A stretch of 64,000 bases of DNA from an uncultured delta proteobacterium (GTDB lineage Bacteria > Desulfobacterota > RBG-13-43-22): positions 64,001 to 128,000 of the forward strand of contig CAVUPH010000017.1 of assembly GCA_963743305.1 (NCBI GenBank), in the 5' to 3' direction. Of the stretch, positions 9,734 through 18,864 are shown piece by piece (the first letter of the stretch is position 1; the number at the start of each line of letters is the position of its first letter). The notes under the pieces were generated by a model. The model worked only from the letters and a program-made list of their open reading frames with translations. It did not search any database and was not told the DNA's origin. The translations under genes were made by a program, and so were the position numbers.

Positions 9734-12056
9734 CCGCTCCACCATCGGAATGTCCCTACCCCGTCAGGATGCCTGGCCCAAAGTCCTGGGGCAGGCCAGA
9801 TACGCCGTGGATCATTACGGACCGGATCTGGTCTGGGCCGGAGTAAAAAGGGCCGGGGTTCCTCATGCCCGCTTAAAGGGCCTCCGTTTAAAAGCGGCTC
9901 AGGAGGTTCCGGGCGTCATCAAAATCCTGACACATCGGGATATCCGGGGTACCAACCGGCTGGGGGTTGTCCGGAGGGATATGCCGGTTTTGGTGGAGGA
10001 GAAGATTCGTTCCTGCGGGGATGCCGTGGCCCTGGTCTTGGCTGAAAATCCGGAAGCACTTAAAGAAGCCCTCGACCGGCTGACTTTGGATCTGGAACCC
10101 CTGCCCGCGGTTTTTGATCCGGCCAGGGCCATGGAAAAGGGTGCCCTTCTGCTTCATGAAGATCACCCCGACGGAAATATTCTCTTAAAAGGGGTGTTGG
10201 AGACCGGCTCGGGCGAAGACGGATTCGGGGAAGGGGCCGTGATCGTAGAGGCGGAGTTTCAAACCCACTGGCAAGAACATGCCTATCTGGAGACCGAGGC
10301 CGGCTGGGCCCTAGGGGAATCCGCTGGGGGGATAACCCTCATCACCTCCACCCAGACTCCTTTTCGGGACCGAGCGGAAGTGGCCGAAGCGCTGGGTTTG
10401 AAGGCCGAAGAAATCCGGATCATCGTTCCTCACTGCGGGGGGGCCTTCGGCGGCAAGGACGGCATCACCGTTCAGGCCCATTTGGCCTTGGCCGCCGGGC
10501 AGGCCGCCGGCCGACCGGTCAAAATGTGGTGGAGTCGGGAAGAGAGCCTTTCTGGCAGCGCGAAACGCCATCCGGTTCAAATGAGTTTCCGGTTGACGGC
10601 CAAGAAAGACGGGACCTTCCAGTCTCTGAGCGGTCGTCTGGTTTACGACACCGGGCCCTACGATCATCTGGGCGGGGCGGTGATGGCCTTGGGCCTGGAA
10701 CATGCCCCCGGCCCCTACCGGATCCCCCGGGTCTCCTTGAAGGCTTGGGCGGTCTATACCAACAACCCGTTGGGTGGTCCCTTCCGAGGGTTCGGAGTCC
10801 CGCAGGTTACGGCCGCCAGAGAGCAGGTGGTGGATATGATGGCCGCCAAGCTGGGATGGTCTCCTTTGGCTATCCGTTTAAAAAACGTTTTAAAAGCGGG
10901 GGAACCCAATCCGTTGGGAGTTTCGGCTCAAGGCGCCAGTGGACTGACCACCTGTCTGGAAACCCTGTCCGGTCACCCTCTCTGGGAACACCGGGAATCC
11001 TGGAAAAAAGAGGCGCCACCCTTCAAGAAGCGGGGCGTCGGTCTGGCCTGCGTCATGCACGGCCAGGGATATGGGCCGGTGATTCCCGATGTGGCCAAGG
11101 CTAAGCTTGAATTTACCGCCCTGGGACGAATCCGGATTTATAGCGGGGTGGTGGACATGGGCCAGGGGAATAGTTCGACCTATGCACAGATGGCCGGGGA
11201 GATTCTGGCCCAACCCCTTTCCCGGTTGGAGTTGGTCCTGCCGGACACCGCCAGAACGCTCCCCTGCGGATCGGCCTCGGCCAGCCGCACGACCTACACC
11301 TTCGGGCAGGCCCTCATCGGCGCCGCCGTCCGGTTGAAGGAACGGCTTCTGGAAAAGGCGGCCGATTTCCTGCACACCATGGATCTGGAAGCGTTGGAAC
11401 TGGTCAGCGGCGGAGTCAGACACCGGCCCACGGGTTGGCTGGTACCCTTGGCCCAGTTGTCCCGGGAATTTTCTCCGGAGGAGCGCTTCGTGGTCAATGA
11501 ATTTCAAGCCCCGGTGGCCGCCGAGACGCCGACCCGGGACCCAGCCTTGAGGCTGCACGGGATCCCCCATCTCATTTTTTCCCATGGGGTTCACCTGGCG
11601 GCCATCGAGGTTGATACCCTGACCGGGGCCATCGAGGTCCGAGACTATCTGGCGGTCAGCGATTGCGGGCGGATCGTCAACCCTCAGGTTTTTGAGCAAC
11701 AGATCCAGGGCGGTATCGTGCAGGGGCTGGGGTACGCCCTGCTGGAAGAGTTTAAAGCGGAAAAGGGAAAGGCGAAGACGACTACCCTGTCCACCTACCT
11801 TATTCCCACCGCCCTGGACTGTCCGGAGATGACTTCCCTGGCCGTGGAGATTCCGGAACCCACGGGCCCCTTTGGACTCAAAGGCGCCGGGGAAATCGCC
11901 ATTGACGGCCCGTTGCCCGCGGTGGCCAATGCCTTGGCCGAAGCCTGTGGGATCAGGATCAAGCAAACGCCGCTGAACCCGGAGAGGGTGTTGGGGGCCC
12001 TGCGGGAGAAGGAAGAGGGAAGTGGGGAGATGGAAGAAGGAAGCAGAAAGTGGTAG
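9726..12056 (+). CDS. Xanthine dehydrogenase/aldehyde oxidoreductase family molybdopterin-binding subunit
   Basis: HAYLET, GGAFGGK, FRGFGVPQ, DMGQG, QIQGG, KGAGE motifs. Confidence 0.93.
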   Translation: MADRSTIGMSLPRQDAWPKVLGQARYAVDHYGPDLVWAGVKRAGVPHARLKGLRLKAAQEVPGVIKILTHRDIRGTNRLGVVRRDMPVLVEEKIRSCGDAVALVLAENPEALKEALDRLTLDLEPLPAVFDPARAMEKGALLLHEDHPDGNILLKGVLETGSGEDGFGEGAVIVEAEFQTHWQEHAYLETEAGWALGESAGGITLITSTQTPFRDRAEVAEALGLKAEEIRIIVPHCGGAFGGKDGITVQAHLALAAGQAAGRPVKMWWSREESLSGSAKRHPVQMSFRLTAKKDGTFQSLSGRLVYDTGPYDHLGGAVMALGLEHAPGPYRIPRVSLKAWAVYTNNPLGGPFRGFGVPQVTAAREQVVDMMAAKLGWSPLAIRLKNVLKAGEPNPLGVSAQGASGLTTCLETLSGHPLWEHRESWKKEAPPFKKRGVGLACVMHGQGYGPVIPDVAKAKLEFTALGRIRIYSGVVDMGQGNSSTYAQMAGEILAQPLSRLELVLPDTARTLPCGSASASRTTYTFGQALIGAAVRLKERLLEKAADFLHTMDLEALELVSGGVRHRPTGWLVPLAQLSREFSPEERFVVNEFQAPVAAETPTRDPALRLHGIPHLIFSHGVHLAAIEVDTLTGAIEVRDYLAVSDCGRIVNPQVFEQQIQGGIVQGLGYALLEEFKAEKGKAKTTTLSTYLIPTALDCPEMTSLAVEIPEPTGPFGLKGAGEIAIDGPLPAVANALAEACGIRIKQTPLNPERVLGALREKEEGSGEMEEGSRKW

Positions 12057-12122
12057 GACGCGATCGGTGAGCGCGCCGCCTCTTGGAGAGGGCAGAGGAG
12101 AGAAAAGAGTGATAAACAGTCC

Positions 12123-12150
12123 GTCATGGCGAGCGAAGCGAAGCAATCTC
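12123..12150 (+). repeat. REP-like palindromic unit (GTCATnGCGAGCGAAGCGAAGCAATC family)
   Basis: 26/28 match to the reverse complement of 16641-16668; related to 36104-36212. Confidence 0.75.
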
Positions 12151-12170
12151 CCGGGTCGAACTTCTGAGAT

Positions 12171-12638
12171 ATGAAAATTAAGCTTTTCTTTACTCTAAAT
12201 CAAAAACCCGTTGAACTGGAAACGAACAGTGACCGGCGGGTGGTGGATCTGCTGCGCGAAGAACTGGGCTTGACCGGCACCAAGGAGGCCTGCGGATCCG
12301 GGGAGTGCGGGGCCTGCACCATTCTGCTGGACGGCGAAAGCCGGCTGGCCTGCCTGATGCTGGCCGCCCAATTGGAAGGCCGATCCGTTATCACCATCGA
12401 GGGCCTGGGATCGGAGGCCAGGCCCCATCCCCTCCAGCAGGCCTTTGTAGCGCAAGGGGCTGTCCAGTGCGGCTATTGTACGCCGGGGATGATTCTGGCT
12501 TCCGAGGATCTGCTGGCGCGCAACCCCCACCCGAGCCGGCAGGAGATCCGGGAAGGGTTGAGCGGCAATCTCTGCCGCTGCACCGGCTACCAGAAGATTG
12601 TGGACGCCGTGGAAGCGGCCTCCCGGAAAGAGGATTGA
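12171..12638 (+). CDS. Molybdenum hydroxylase 2x[2Fe-2S] subunit
   Basis: CGSGECGACT, QCGYCTPG, GNLCRCTGY. Confidence 0.95.
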   Translation: MKIKLFFTLNQKPVELETNSDRRVVDLLREELGLTGTKEACGSGECGACTILLDGESRLACLMLAAQLEGRSVITIEGLGSEARPHPLQQAFVAQGAVQCGYCTPGMILASEDLLARNPHPSRQEIREGLSGNLCRCTGYQKIVDAVEAASRKED

Positions 12639-12642
12639 GGGG

Positions 12643-13548
12643 ATGCGTTCCGTTTTTCTTCCCCAAAAACTGGAGGAACTTTGGCCCCGGCTGGAAGATT
12701 GTTCCACGTCCCTGTATGCCGGGGGAACGGACCTGCTGGTCCGGCTCCGGGAAGGCGCCCTCAAAGCGGGAAATCTGGTTTGTCTGGAGCGGCTGGCCGA
12801 ACTTAAAAAAGTGGAAGACTTGGGCGATGCGGTCCGGATCGGGGCGGTCTGCACCCATACCCAACTGCTGGCCGATCCGCTCGTCCGGCGGCATTTCCCG
12901 ATCCTCATCCGGGCGTTAAGGGTCTTGGGTTCCCCGCCCATCCGCCACCAAGGGACGATCGGGGGGAATATCGGGACCGCCTCACCGGCCGGGGACACCC
13001 TGGGACCTTTATATGCCCTGCGGGCGGAGGTGGAGCTCCGGACCCGGGAAACAGCCCGACGTTTGCCCATCGAGGATTTTATCCAGGGTCCGGGGCGAAC
13101 CGTTATGCTGAGCGGAGAAATCATCACCGGGGTCCGGATTGTTAAATGCCCGGCTTTCAACCTCCACCATTATGAAAAAGTGGGACAACGACGGGCCCTG
13201 GCCATCGCCATCGCCGGATTGGCGGTTTTGATGCGGGTCGGCGGGGATCAGACTATTGAAGAGGTCCGACTGGCCTGGGGGAGTGTCGGGCCGACGGTGG
13301 TTACTTCCGCCCCCGTGGAGGCCCTACTGCGGGGCCGGCCCCTAAGTCCGGAGGTCCTGCGGGAAGCCGCCGATTTGGCTCGTCAAGTGGTGGCCCCCAT
13401 CGATGATTTACGGGCCAGCGCCGACTACCGCCGGGAGGTGGCGGGTAATCTTCTGCGGCGCTTGCAGCTTTATTCCCCTTCGGCTACCGAGCGGGAGGAG
13501 ACGCTTTCCCTTAACCTTCTTCCCCGGCCGGGGGCGAGGGCGGAGTAA
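12643..13548 (+). CDS. Molybdenum hydroxylase FAD-binding subunit
   Basis: AGGTDL, TIGGN, ASPAGD, PIDDLRASADYR. Start at ATG 12643 just after the upstream stop. Confidence 0.92.
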   Translation: MRSVFLPQKLEELWPRLEDCSTSLYAGGTDLLVRLREGALKAGNLVCLERLAELKKVEDLGDAVRIGAVCTHTQLLADPLVRRHFPILIRALRVLGSPPIRHQGTIGGNIGTASPAGDTLGPLYALRAEVELRTRETARRLPIEDFIQGPGRTVMLSGEIITGVRIVKCPAFNLHHYEKVGQRRALAIAIAGLAVLMRVGGDQTIEEVRLAWGSVGPTVVTSAPVEALLRGRPLSPEVLREAADLARQVVAPIDDLRASADYRREVAGNLLRRLQLYSPSATEREETLSLNLLPRPGARAE

Positions 13549-13559
13549 GGGGGGCCAGG

Positions 13560-14738
13560 ATGCCTACCTCATCTCCGCTCTGGACGAAGAATTTTCTCTT
13601 CTTTAACGGGGCTGTCTTTCTGGCCTTCGCCAATCTGGCCGCTTTTTTTTACTTGGAAGAATATCTTCGTACCCTGCCCATCGACCCCCGTTGGTTCGGA
13701 CTGTTGATCGGCCTTTTTGCGGCGGTCTCGCTGGTCCTGCGTCCCTTCCTCAGCCTCCTGCTGCGTCCGGACAACACGCGTCGGTGGATCTTCCTCAGCA
13801 CCCTGGGGGTCATGGCCGCGTTGGCCGCCTATGGCTGGCCGAAGAGCTTTTCTTCCATGGGCCTCCTGCGGTTGTTTCACGGGGCAGCGCATGTGATTCT
13901 GGCCACGGCCCTGTTTACCGGTCTGGTGCAGCGCATCCCTCCCTCGAAAAGCGGGCAGGCTTTCGGGCTCATTTCGATTGTCACGCTCCTTCCCTATGCC
14001 GTCATCCCTCCCTTTTTAAAGGCGCTTATGGGAACTTTGGGAGGCTATCCGCAGGTGTTGGCCTTTCTGGGGTTAACCATGGCCCTCATATTCCCCTTGG
14101 TTCTTCTTGACCGGGACCCGGTCCCAGGGGATGCCGGTCCCGAAAAAGCACGCCTGACCTCCAAAGAACTCCGGGAAAATTTTAAGGATTTGCGTATCGG
14201 GTTGATTCTTTCGGCCATGTTGTTATTCTATAGCGGGTATGCCGTCGTCTTCTTTTTTCTGGCCGGCTTTGCCCGAAAAGTGGGATTAGCTCAGGCCGGC
14301 TGGTTTTTCACCCTGTCCACCATCGGCGAGATCGGGATCCGGCTGGTGGGCTCTTCCGGGTTTGACCGCAGGAACAAGCGCGGCTTGGTGACCGGCGCAT
14401 TGGTGGCGGTAGCCGCCGGCTATTTTTATTTGCCCCGGGTGACTACCGAGGGCTGGTTGTTCATTTTGGGCGGCTTTCTGGGATTGGGCTGGGGGGTGGC
14501 GATGCCCGTTTTGAATGCCTTGCTTTTTGATTGTTCCACCACGAGGCTGCGGGCCTTTAACACCAACCTGGGCCTGCAGATGTTCCAGACCGGATTTTTT
14601 GTCGGACCGCTTCTTGGGACTTTTATCTTGCAGCAGGGGGGGTATGAAGGGCTGTATTATTTCTGCGCAGTCCTGGTCGTGGGTTCCGCCGTTTTGATGT
14701 TCCGACTTCCGGAGAAAAAGGAGAATGAACGTGGCTGA
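13560..14738 (+). CDS. MFS transporter
   Basis: About 12 hydrophobic segments, 392 aa, LWTKNF N-terminus. Confidence 0.88.
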   Translation: MPTSSPLWTKNFLFFNGAVFLAFANLAAFFYLEEYLRTLPIDPRWFGLLIGLFAAVSLVLRPFLSLLLRPDNTRRWIFLSTLGVMAALAAYGWPKSFSSMGLLRLFHGAAHVILATALFTGLVQRIPPSKSGQAFGLISIVTLLPYAVIPPFLKALMGTLGGYPQVLAFLGLTMALIFPLVLLDRDPVPGDAGPEKARLTSKELRENFKDLRIGLILSAMLLFYSGYAVVFFFLAGFARKVGLAQAGWFFTLSTIGEIGIRLVGSSGFDRRNKRGLVTGALVAVAAGYFYLPRVTTEGWLFILGGFLGLGWGVAMPVLNALLFDCSTTRLRAFNTNLGLQMFQTGFFVGPLLGTFILQQGGYEGLYYFCAVLVVGSAVLMFRLPEKKENERG

Positions 14739-15759
14739 ATTAGTGATTGAACCCGATCAAACCTGGGAAGTGGACCAGTTTCGCCCCGAGGATGCCGAGG
14801 GCGTGGCCCGCTTGTTTCTTCAGGTCTACGGGGAAGGGTACCCCATCAGGACCTTTATCGATCCATCCCTTTTGATCGAGGAAAACGCCAGCCAGCGGAC
14901 CATTTCGAGCGTGGCCCGTACCCCGAAGGGAGATATAGTCGGACATAATGCCATTTTTAACTCCGCGCCGTTCAAAGGTCTCTATGAATCCGGAGCGGGG
15001 GTGGTTCATCCCCTCTACCGCGGCGGGGCCGGAATCTTTGCGCAGATGGCCGCCCACGGACTGGACCTGGGGAAGAACAGATTCAAAATAGCGGGCTTGT
15101 TCGGCGAATCGGTCTGCAATCACGTCTTCTCCCAGCGGATGTGCGCCAAACTGGGAGCGGTGAACATGGCCGTGGAGGTGGACCTGATGCCGGCGGAGGC
15201 TTATTCCCGGGAGCAGAGCGCTCGGGGGCGGGTATCGTCGCTTTTGGATTTTATTTTTATCCAATCTCAGCCGCAGACGGTTTTTATACCGCGGGTTTAT
15301 GGCGAGGCCCTTGATTTTATTTACGGAGGATTGACCGACGAACGGACCCGCCGACCGGCGACGACCCCAATTCCGGATGATTTAACAACCGAATTTAAAA
15401 CGCAAATCTTTGATTTCGCCCAGGTGGCGCGACTTGCGGTTAAACAGGCGGGCGGGGATTTCGACCAAACGCTGGAAGGGATGGAAAAAAATTTTGAGGC
15501 CCAGGGCGTGGTTGTAATCCAGGTCTGGTTGAATCTGTCCTGGCCTTGGGTTGGTGAGGTGGTGGATCGATTGCGGGCCCGGGGATATTTTTTGGGAGGG
15601 CTGCTGCCCCGCTGGTTCGATTCCGACGGGTTGCTCATGCAAAAAATAGCCGCCAGCCCCGGCTGGGAGGATATGCAGATTTATCATGAGCGGGCCCAAA
15701 GGATCGCGGCCTTCGCCCGCACTGATTGGGAAGAAACCAAGGAGAAAGGTTATTCATGA
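14725..15759 (+). CDS. GNAT-like protein of unknown function
   Basis: FRPEDAEGVARLF, VVHPLYRGG (motif A-like), ESVCNHVFSQR. Confidence 0.6.
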   Translation: MNVAELVIEPDQTWEVDQFRPEDAEGVARLFLQVYGEGYPIRTFIDPSLLIEENASQRTISSVARTPKGDIVGHNAIFNSAPFKGLYESGAGVVHPLYRGGAGIFAQMAAHGLDLGKNRFKIAGLFGESVCNHVFSQRMCAKLGAVNMAVEVDLMPAEAYSREQSARGRVSSLLDFIFIQSQPQTVFIPRVYGEALDFIYGGLTDERTRRPATTPIPDDLTTEFKTQIFDFAQVARLAVKQAGGDFDQTLEGMEKNFEAQGVVVIQVWLNLSWPWVGEVVDRLRARGYFLGGLLPRWFDSDGLLMQKIAASPGWEDMQIYHERAQRIAAFARTDWEETKEKGYS

Positions 15760-16097
15760 TGAACATTAAATCAAAAAAGGAAGAGGGTATTTTAACGGTT
15801 TCGGTTGACGGCAAAATTGATGGCGCCACTTCGCCTGAGCTGGAAAGCCAATTGAAGGACTGGCTGGATCAGGGGGAGACGAAGGTCATCCTGGACCTGC
15901 AGGAAGTCTACTACATCAGCAGCGCCGGTCTCCGAGTGGTCCTGATGGGGGCGAAACGCCTCCAAAACAAGGGCCGCCTGGTGCTGGCCGGCCTTAAACC
16001 CGAGGTGAAGGAAATCTTTGAAATGGCCGGGTTCGATACCATTCTGGATTTCTATGATCAGCCGGGAACGGCTAAAGAAATCCTGCTGCAAGGATAG
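15756..16097 (+). CDS. STAS-domain anti-sigma factor antagonist (RsbV/SpoIIAA-like)
   Basis: LDLQEVYYISSAGLRV with the phosphorylatable Ser; ATGA overlap with the upstream gene. Confidence 0.92.
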   Translation: MMNIKSKKEEGILTVSVDGKIDGATSPELESQLKDWLDQGETKVILDLQEVYYISSAGLRVVLMGAKRLQNKGRLVLAGLKPEVKEIFEMAGFDTILDFYDQPGTAKEILLQG

Positions 16098-16517
16098 TTG
16101 GGGGCGGACGTGCGGAGAACCTGGCCGGCGGTCCCGGATTCGGTGCCTGAAATCTGTCAATGGGTTTATGACGCGGCCCAGAGAGCGGGTTTCCCCGAAC
16201 AGGAGGCCGAGCGCTGGGAGTTGGCCGTGGAAGAAGTGGCCATCAATATTGTTCATTACGCCTACGGGAACGGCCCGGTGGGAACGATTGAGCTGGAAGC
16301 CGGCTTCTCAACCTCTGGAATGACCGTTCAAATCTCGGATACCGGCCTATCCTTCAACCCGCTGGCGGCCCCGGAACCCAAAATCGGGGCCGCCCTGGAA
16401 GAGAGGGAAATCGGGGGACTGGGAATCTACCTGGCGCGGAAGGTGGTGGACCGGATCCACTATGAGCGGCGGGACGGGAAAAATATCCTGACCCTGAGCA
16501 AACAACTTCCCCTTTAA
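16098..16517 (+). CDS. Anti-sigma factor Ser kinase (RsbW/SpoIIAB-like HATPase)
   Basis: LAVEEVAINIVHYAY, ISDTG, GGLGIYL, GKNIL. Confidence 0.92.
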   Translation: MGADVRRTWPAVPDSVPEICQWVYDAAQRAGFPEQEAERWELAVEEVAINIVHYAYGNGPVGTIELEAGFSTSGMTVQISDTGLSFNPLAAPEPKIGAALEEREIGGLGIYLARKVVDRIHYERRDGKNILTLSKQLPL

Positions 16518-16640
16518 TGTTTATGTAAAAAGATCTTGTTCTATCACACTAACCCCCATGCCTGCCTAAGCGGGCACCCACGAAGCATGAAAATATAAGC
16601 AATCTCCCGAAAGCTTTTAGCATCACCCCAGCTTGTCCGA

Positions 16641-16668
16641 GGGATTGCTTCGCTTCGCTCGCAATGAC
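16641..16668 (-). repeat. REP-like palindromic unit
   Basis: Inverted near-copy of 12123-12150. Confidence 0.75.
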
Positions 16669-16699
16669 AGACTATTTGAAAACGAAAAAGAGAATCGAG

Positions 16700-17596
16700 A
16701 TGGAGGATCGAATTCCAGAAGTCTACGGACTGGGCCAGTGTTCGCTGGATTATATCGGGAAGATTTCTGGCTATCCCCCGGCGGACAGCAAGTGTGAATT
16801 TACCGGATTGGCGGTTCAAGGCGGAGGGCCGGTGGCCACGGCCCTGGCCGCCCTCTCCCGCTGGGGGATACTCTGTACCTTTGCCGGGGTGATCGGGGAT
16901 GACCCTTTTGGCAAGCAGATCCGGGCCGGTCTGGAAAGGGAAGGGATCGACCTTCAGGGGTTGTTGATCCGGAAAGGGTTCGAGTCCCAGTTCGCTTTTA
17001 TAGCCGCCGAGTCCGGGTTGGGGAGGCGGACGATTTTCTGGCAAAGACCCACCGGTCCGCCGCCCGCTCCCGAAGAACTGGATTTTGATTTGATCCGCCG
17101 GGCGAAGGTCTTTCACACGGACGGCTTGTTTCCTGAAGCCTCCCTGGCGGCGGCCAAAGCGGCCCGGGAGGCCGGGGTGCCGGTGATCGTGGACGCCGGA
17201 TCGCTCCGGGAAGGGATGCTGGATTTGGCCCGTCTAAGCGATTATTTCATTGCCTCATCCGCCTTTGCCCGTTCCCTGGCAGGGAAGGGTGACCCCTTGG
17301 CGGCCTGTCGGGAAATAGCCGCCGTATGTCCCGGTTTGGTTGGGCTCACTTTGGGGAAAGAGGGTTACCTGGCCCTGGATCGTGGCCGAGTGATCCGCCG
17401 CCCGGCTTATCCGGTGGAGGCGGTGGACACCACCGGTTGCGGAGATGTGTTCCATGCCGGGTTTATTTATGGGGTGCTTAAGAGTTGGACCGTGGACCAA
17501 AGCCTGGATTGGGGGGCCTGGGCCGCCTCACGGGTGAGCCTGAAGCTTGGCGGACGGGCCGGGATACCGCCATTGCCCGAGTGGGTTAACCAATAA
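16700..17596 (+). CDS. PfkB family carbohydrate kinase
   Basis: GGGPVATA, GVIGDDPFG, VDTTGCGDVF. Start placed at ATG 16700, outside the REP. Confidence 0.9.
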   Translation: MEDRIPEVYGLGQCSLDYIGKISGYPPADSKCEFTGLAVQGGGPVATALAALSRWGILCTFAGVIGDDPFGKQIRAGLEREGIDLQGLLIRKGFESQFAFIAAESGLGRRTIFWQRPTGPPPAPEELDFDLIRRAKVFHTDGLFPEASLAAAKAAREAGVPVIVDAGSLREGMLDLARLSDYFIASSAFARSLAGKGDPLAACREIAAVCPGLVGLTLGKEGYLALDRGRVIRRPAYPVEAVDTTGCGDVFHAGFIYGVLKSWTVDQSLDWGAWAASRVSLKLGGRAGIPPLPEWVNQ

Positions 17597-17636
17597 AAAT
17601 GAGCGAGATTATTCATTTCACAGGGAATAAATCTGC

Positions 17637-17665
17637 TTGCCCCTAAAGATGGAATGCGATACAAT
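17637..17665 (+). promoter_or_regulatory. Putative sigma70 promoter of the vapBC pair
   Basis: TTGCCC-N17-TACAAT upstream of the AAGGAG RBS. Confidence 0.5.
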
Positions 17666-17698
17666 CTTTTAGATATAGATACAAGGAGATGAAATACG

Positions 17699-17938
17699 AT
17701 GCCCCTTAGCTTAAGAATCAATCCAGACAAGGAAGAAATCATCCGCAAAGCGGCGGCCAAAAAAGGCAAAAGCAAGACCTCTTTTATTTTAGAAGCCGTG
17801 GATGAAAAGCTGGGTCTGCATAAATCCCGGGAACAGGTTGTCCGGGAGCTGGCCGGCTGGATGACCCATGAAGAGGCTGAGGATTTGCGCCGGACAACCG
17901 AAGTCTTTCAGCGGGTTAGCAAAGGGGATTGGGATTGA
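17699..17938 (+). CDS. Ribbon-helix-helix antitoxin (VapB-like)
   Basis: 79 aa, LSLRI...AAAKKGKSKTSFILEAV; overlaps the PIN toxin. Confidence 0.75.
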   Translation: MPLSLRINPDKEEIIRKAAAKKGKSKTSFILEAVDEKLGLHKSREQVVRELAGWMTHEEAEDLRRTTEVFQRVSKGDWD

Positions 17939-18333
17939 AATTAGTCCTGGATACCAATAGTTACTCGGATTATGCGGAGGGCCTGACCGAAGTAGTGGAG
18001 GCGATCGTACAGTACGGCCAATCCCTTTATCTTCCGGCCATAGTCTTGGGAGAACTGACGTATGGTTTTTTAAAAAGCAGCCGCCAGGACTATTGCGAAA
18101 AAAAAATAAGGCAATTCATCAATAGACTGCAGGTTGAGATTATCTCGGTGGATGATGATGTGGCCCGTAAATATGGTTTGATCTATTTGGCACTTCAGAA
18201 AAAGGGGGCCAAGATTCCGATTAATGATGTCTGGATCGCTGCCTGCTGCATGGCGGTTGGCGGTGTGCTCCTGACCCGAGACCGTCACTTCCAGCGGATT
18301 GAACAGATAGAAACCATTTTTTTGGATTATTGA
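17929..18333 (+). CDS. vapC: PIN-domain toxin VapC
   Basis: VLDTN, GEL, NDVWIAA, LTRDRHF. Confidence 0.92.
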   Translation: MGLKLVLDTNSYSDYAEGLTEVVEAIVQYGQSLYLPAIVLGELTYGFLKSSRQDYCEKKIRQFINRLQVEIISVDDDVARKYGLIYLALQKKGAKIPINDVWIAACCMAVGGVLLTRDRHFQRIEQIETIFLDY

Positions 18334-18358
18334 TAAAAAGGATTAATAGGAGGTAACG

Positions 18359-18674
18359 ATGCGAAAACGAATTCGGAAAAAATTATGCTTGGGTGAATTT
18401 CAGGAGTATGGGTTTGAAGTGCAGTTTCGTCTTCCGCCCGACTCAAGCGATCAGGACCAGGAGGCTTTTTTCAACGCCTTCTGGGACGAGGCCATCGATG
18501 GCCAGGGCTTAATATTCGACGGCGGTTGCGGCACGGACTGGGATATCTTTATCACCCTGGCCGACCGCGGCTCGGCCAAAGAAAGCCACCGGAAGCTGGT
18601 CGAGGATTGGCTGCGGAATTCTCCCTTGGTTTCGGAAATTAAGGATCGGACCCCTGGTCGATGCCTGGAATTAA
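18359..18674 (+). CDS. yggL: YggL-family (DUF469) protein; extra base near the 3' end
   Basis: RKRIRKKLCLGEFQEYGF N-terminus. The expected C-terminus IGPLVDAWN* lies in a shifted frame after ~18643. Confidence 0.8.
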
Positions 18675-18864
18675 TCGGAACTTGATATGTTTTAATTCTA
18701 TCTGTCGTAATCCCGATCGGTTATTTTTATTCCTTTTTTTCTAGAGCTTCAACCATATTGAAAAGGCCACTGTTCGTTTCGCCACCGGAGGAATATGCAA
18801 AAAATGCATATTGCTTTCTCCATAAGGAAAGAGGCGCGAAGTTAAAAATGGCAGAGCAGGGCAC

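Noticed and set aside
10890-12146. Long antisense ORFs (also 18727-20166, 31442-32443, 51682-52710 and others)
   Set aside because: They are shadows of well-supported genes on the opposite strand in GC-rich DNA and carry no recognisable motifs.
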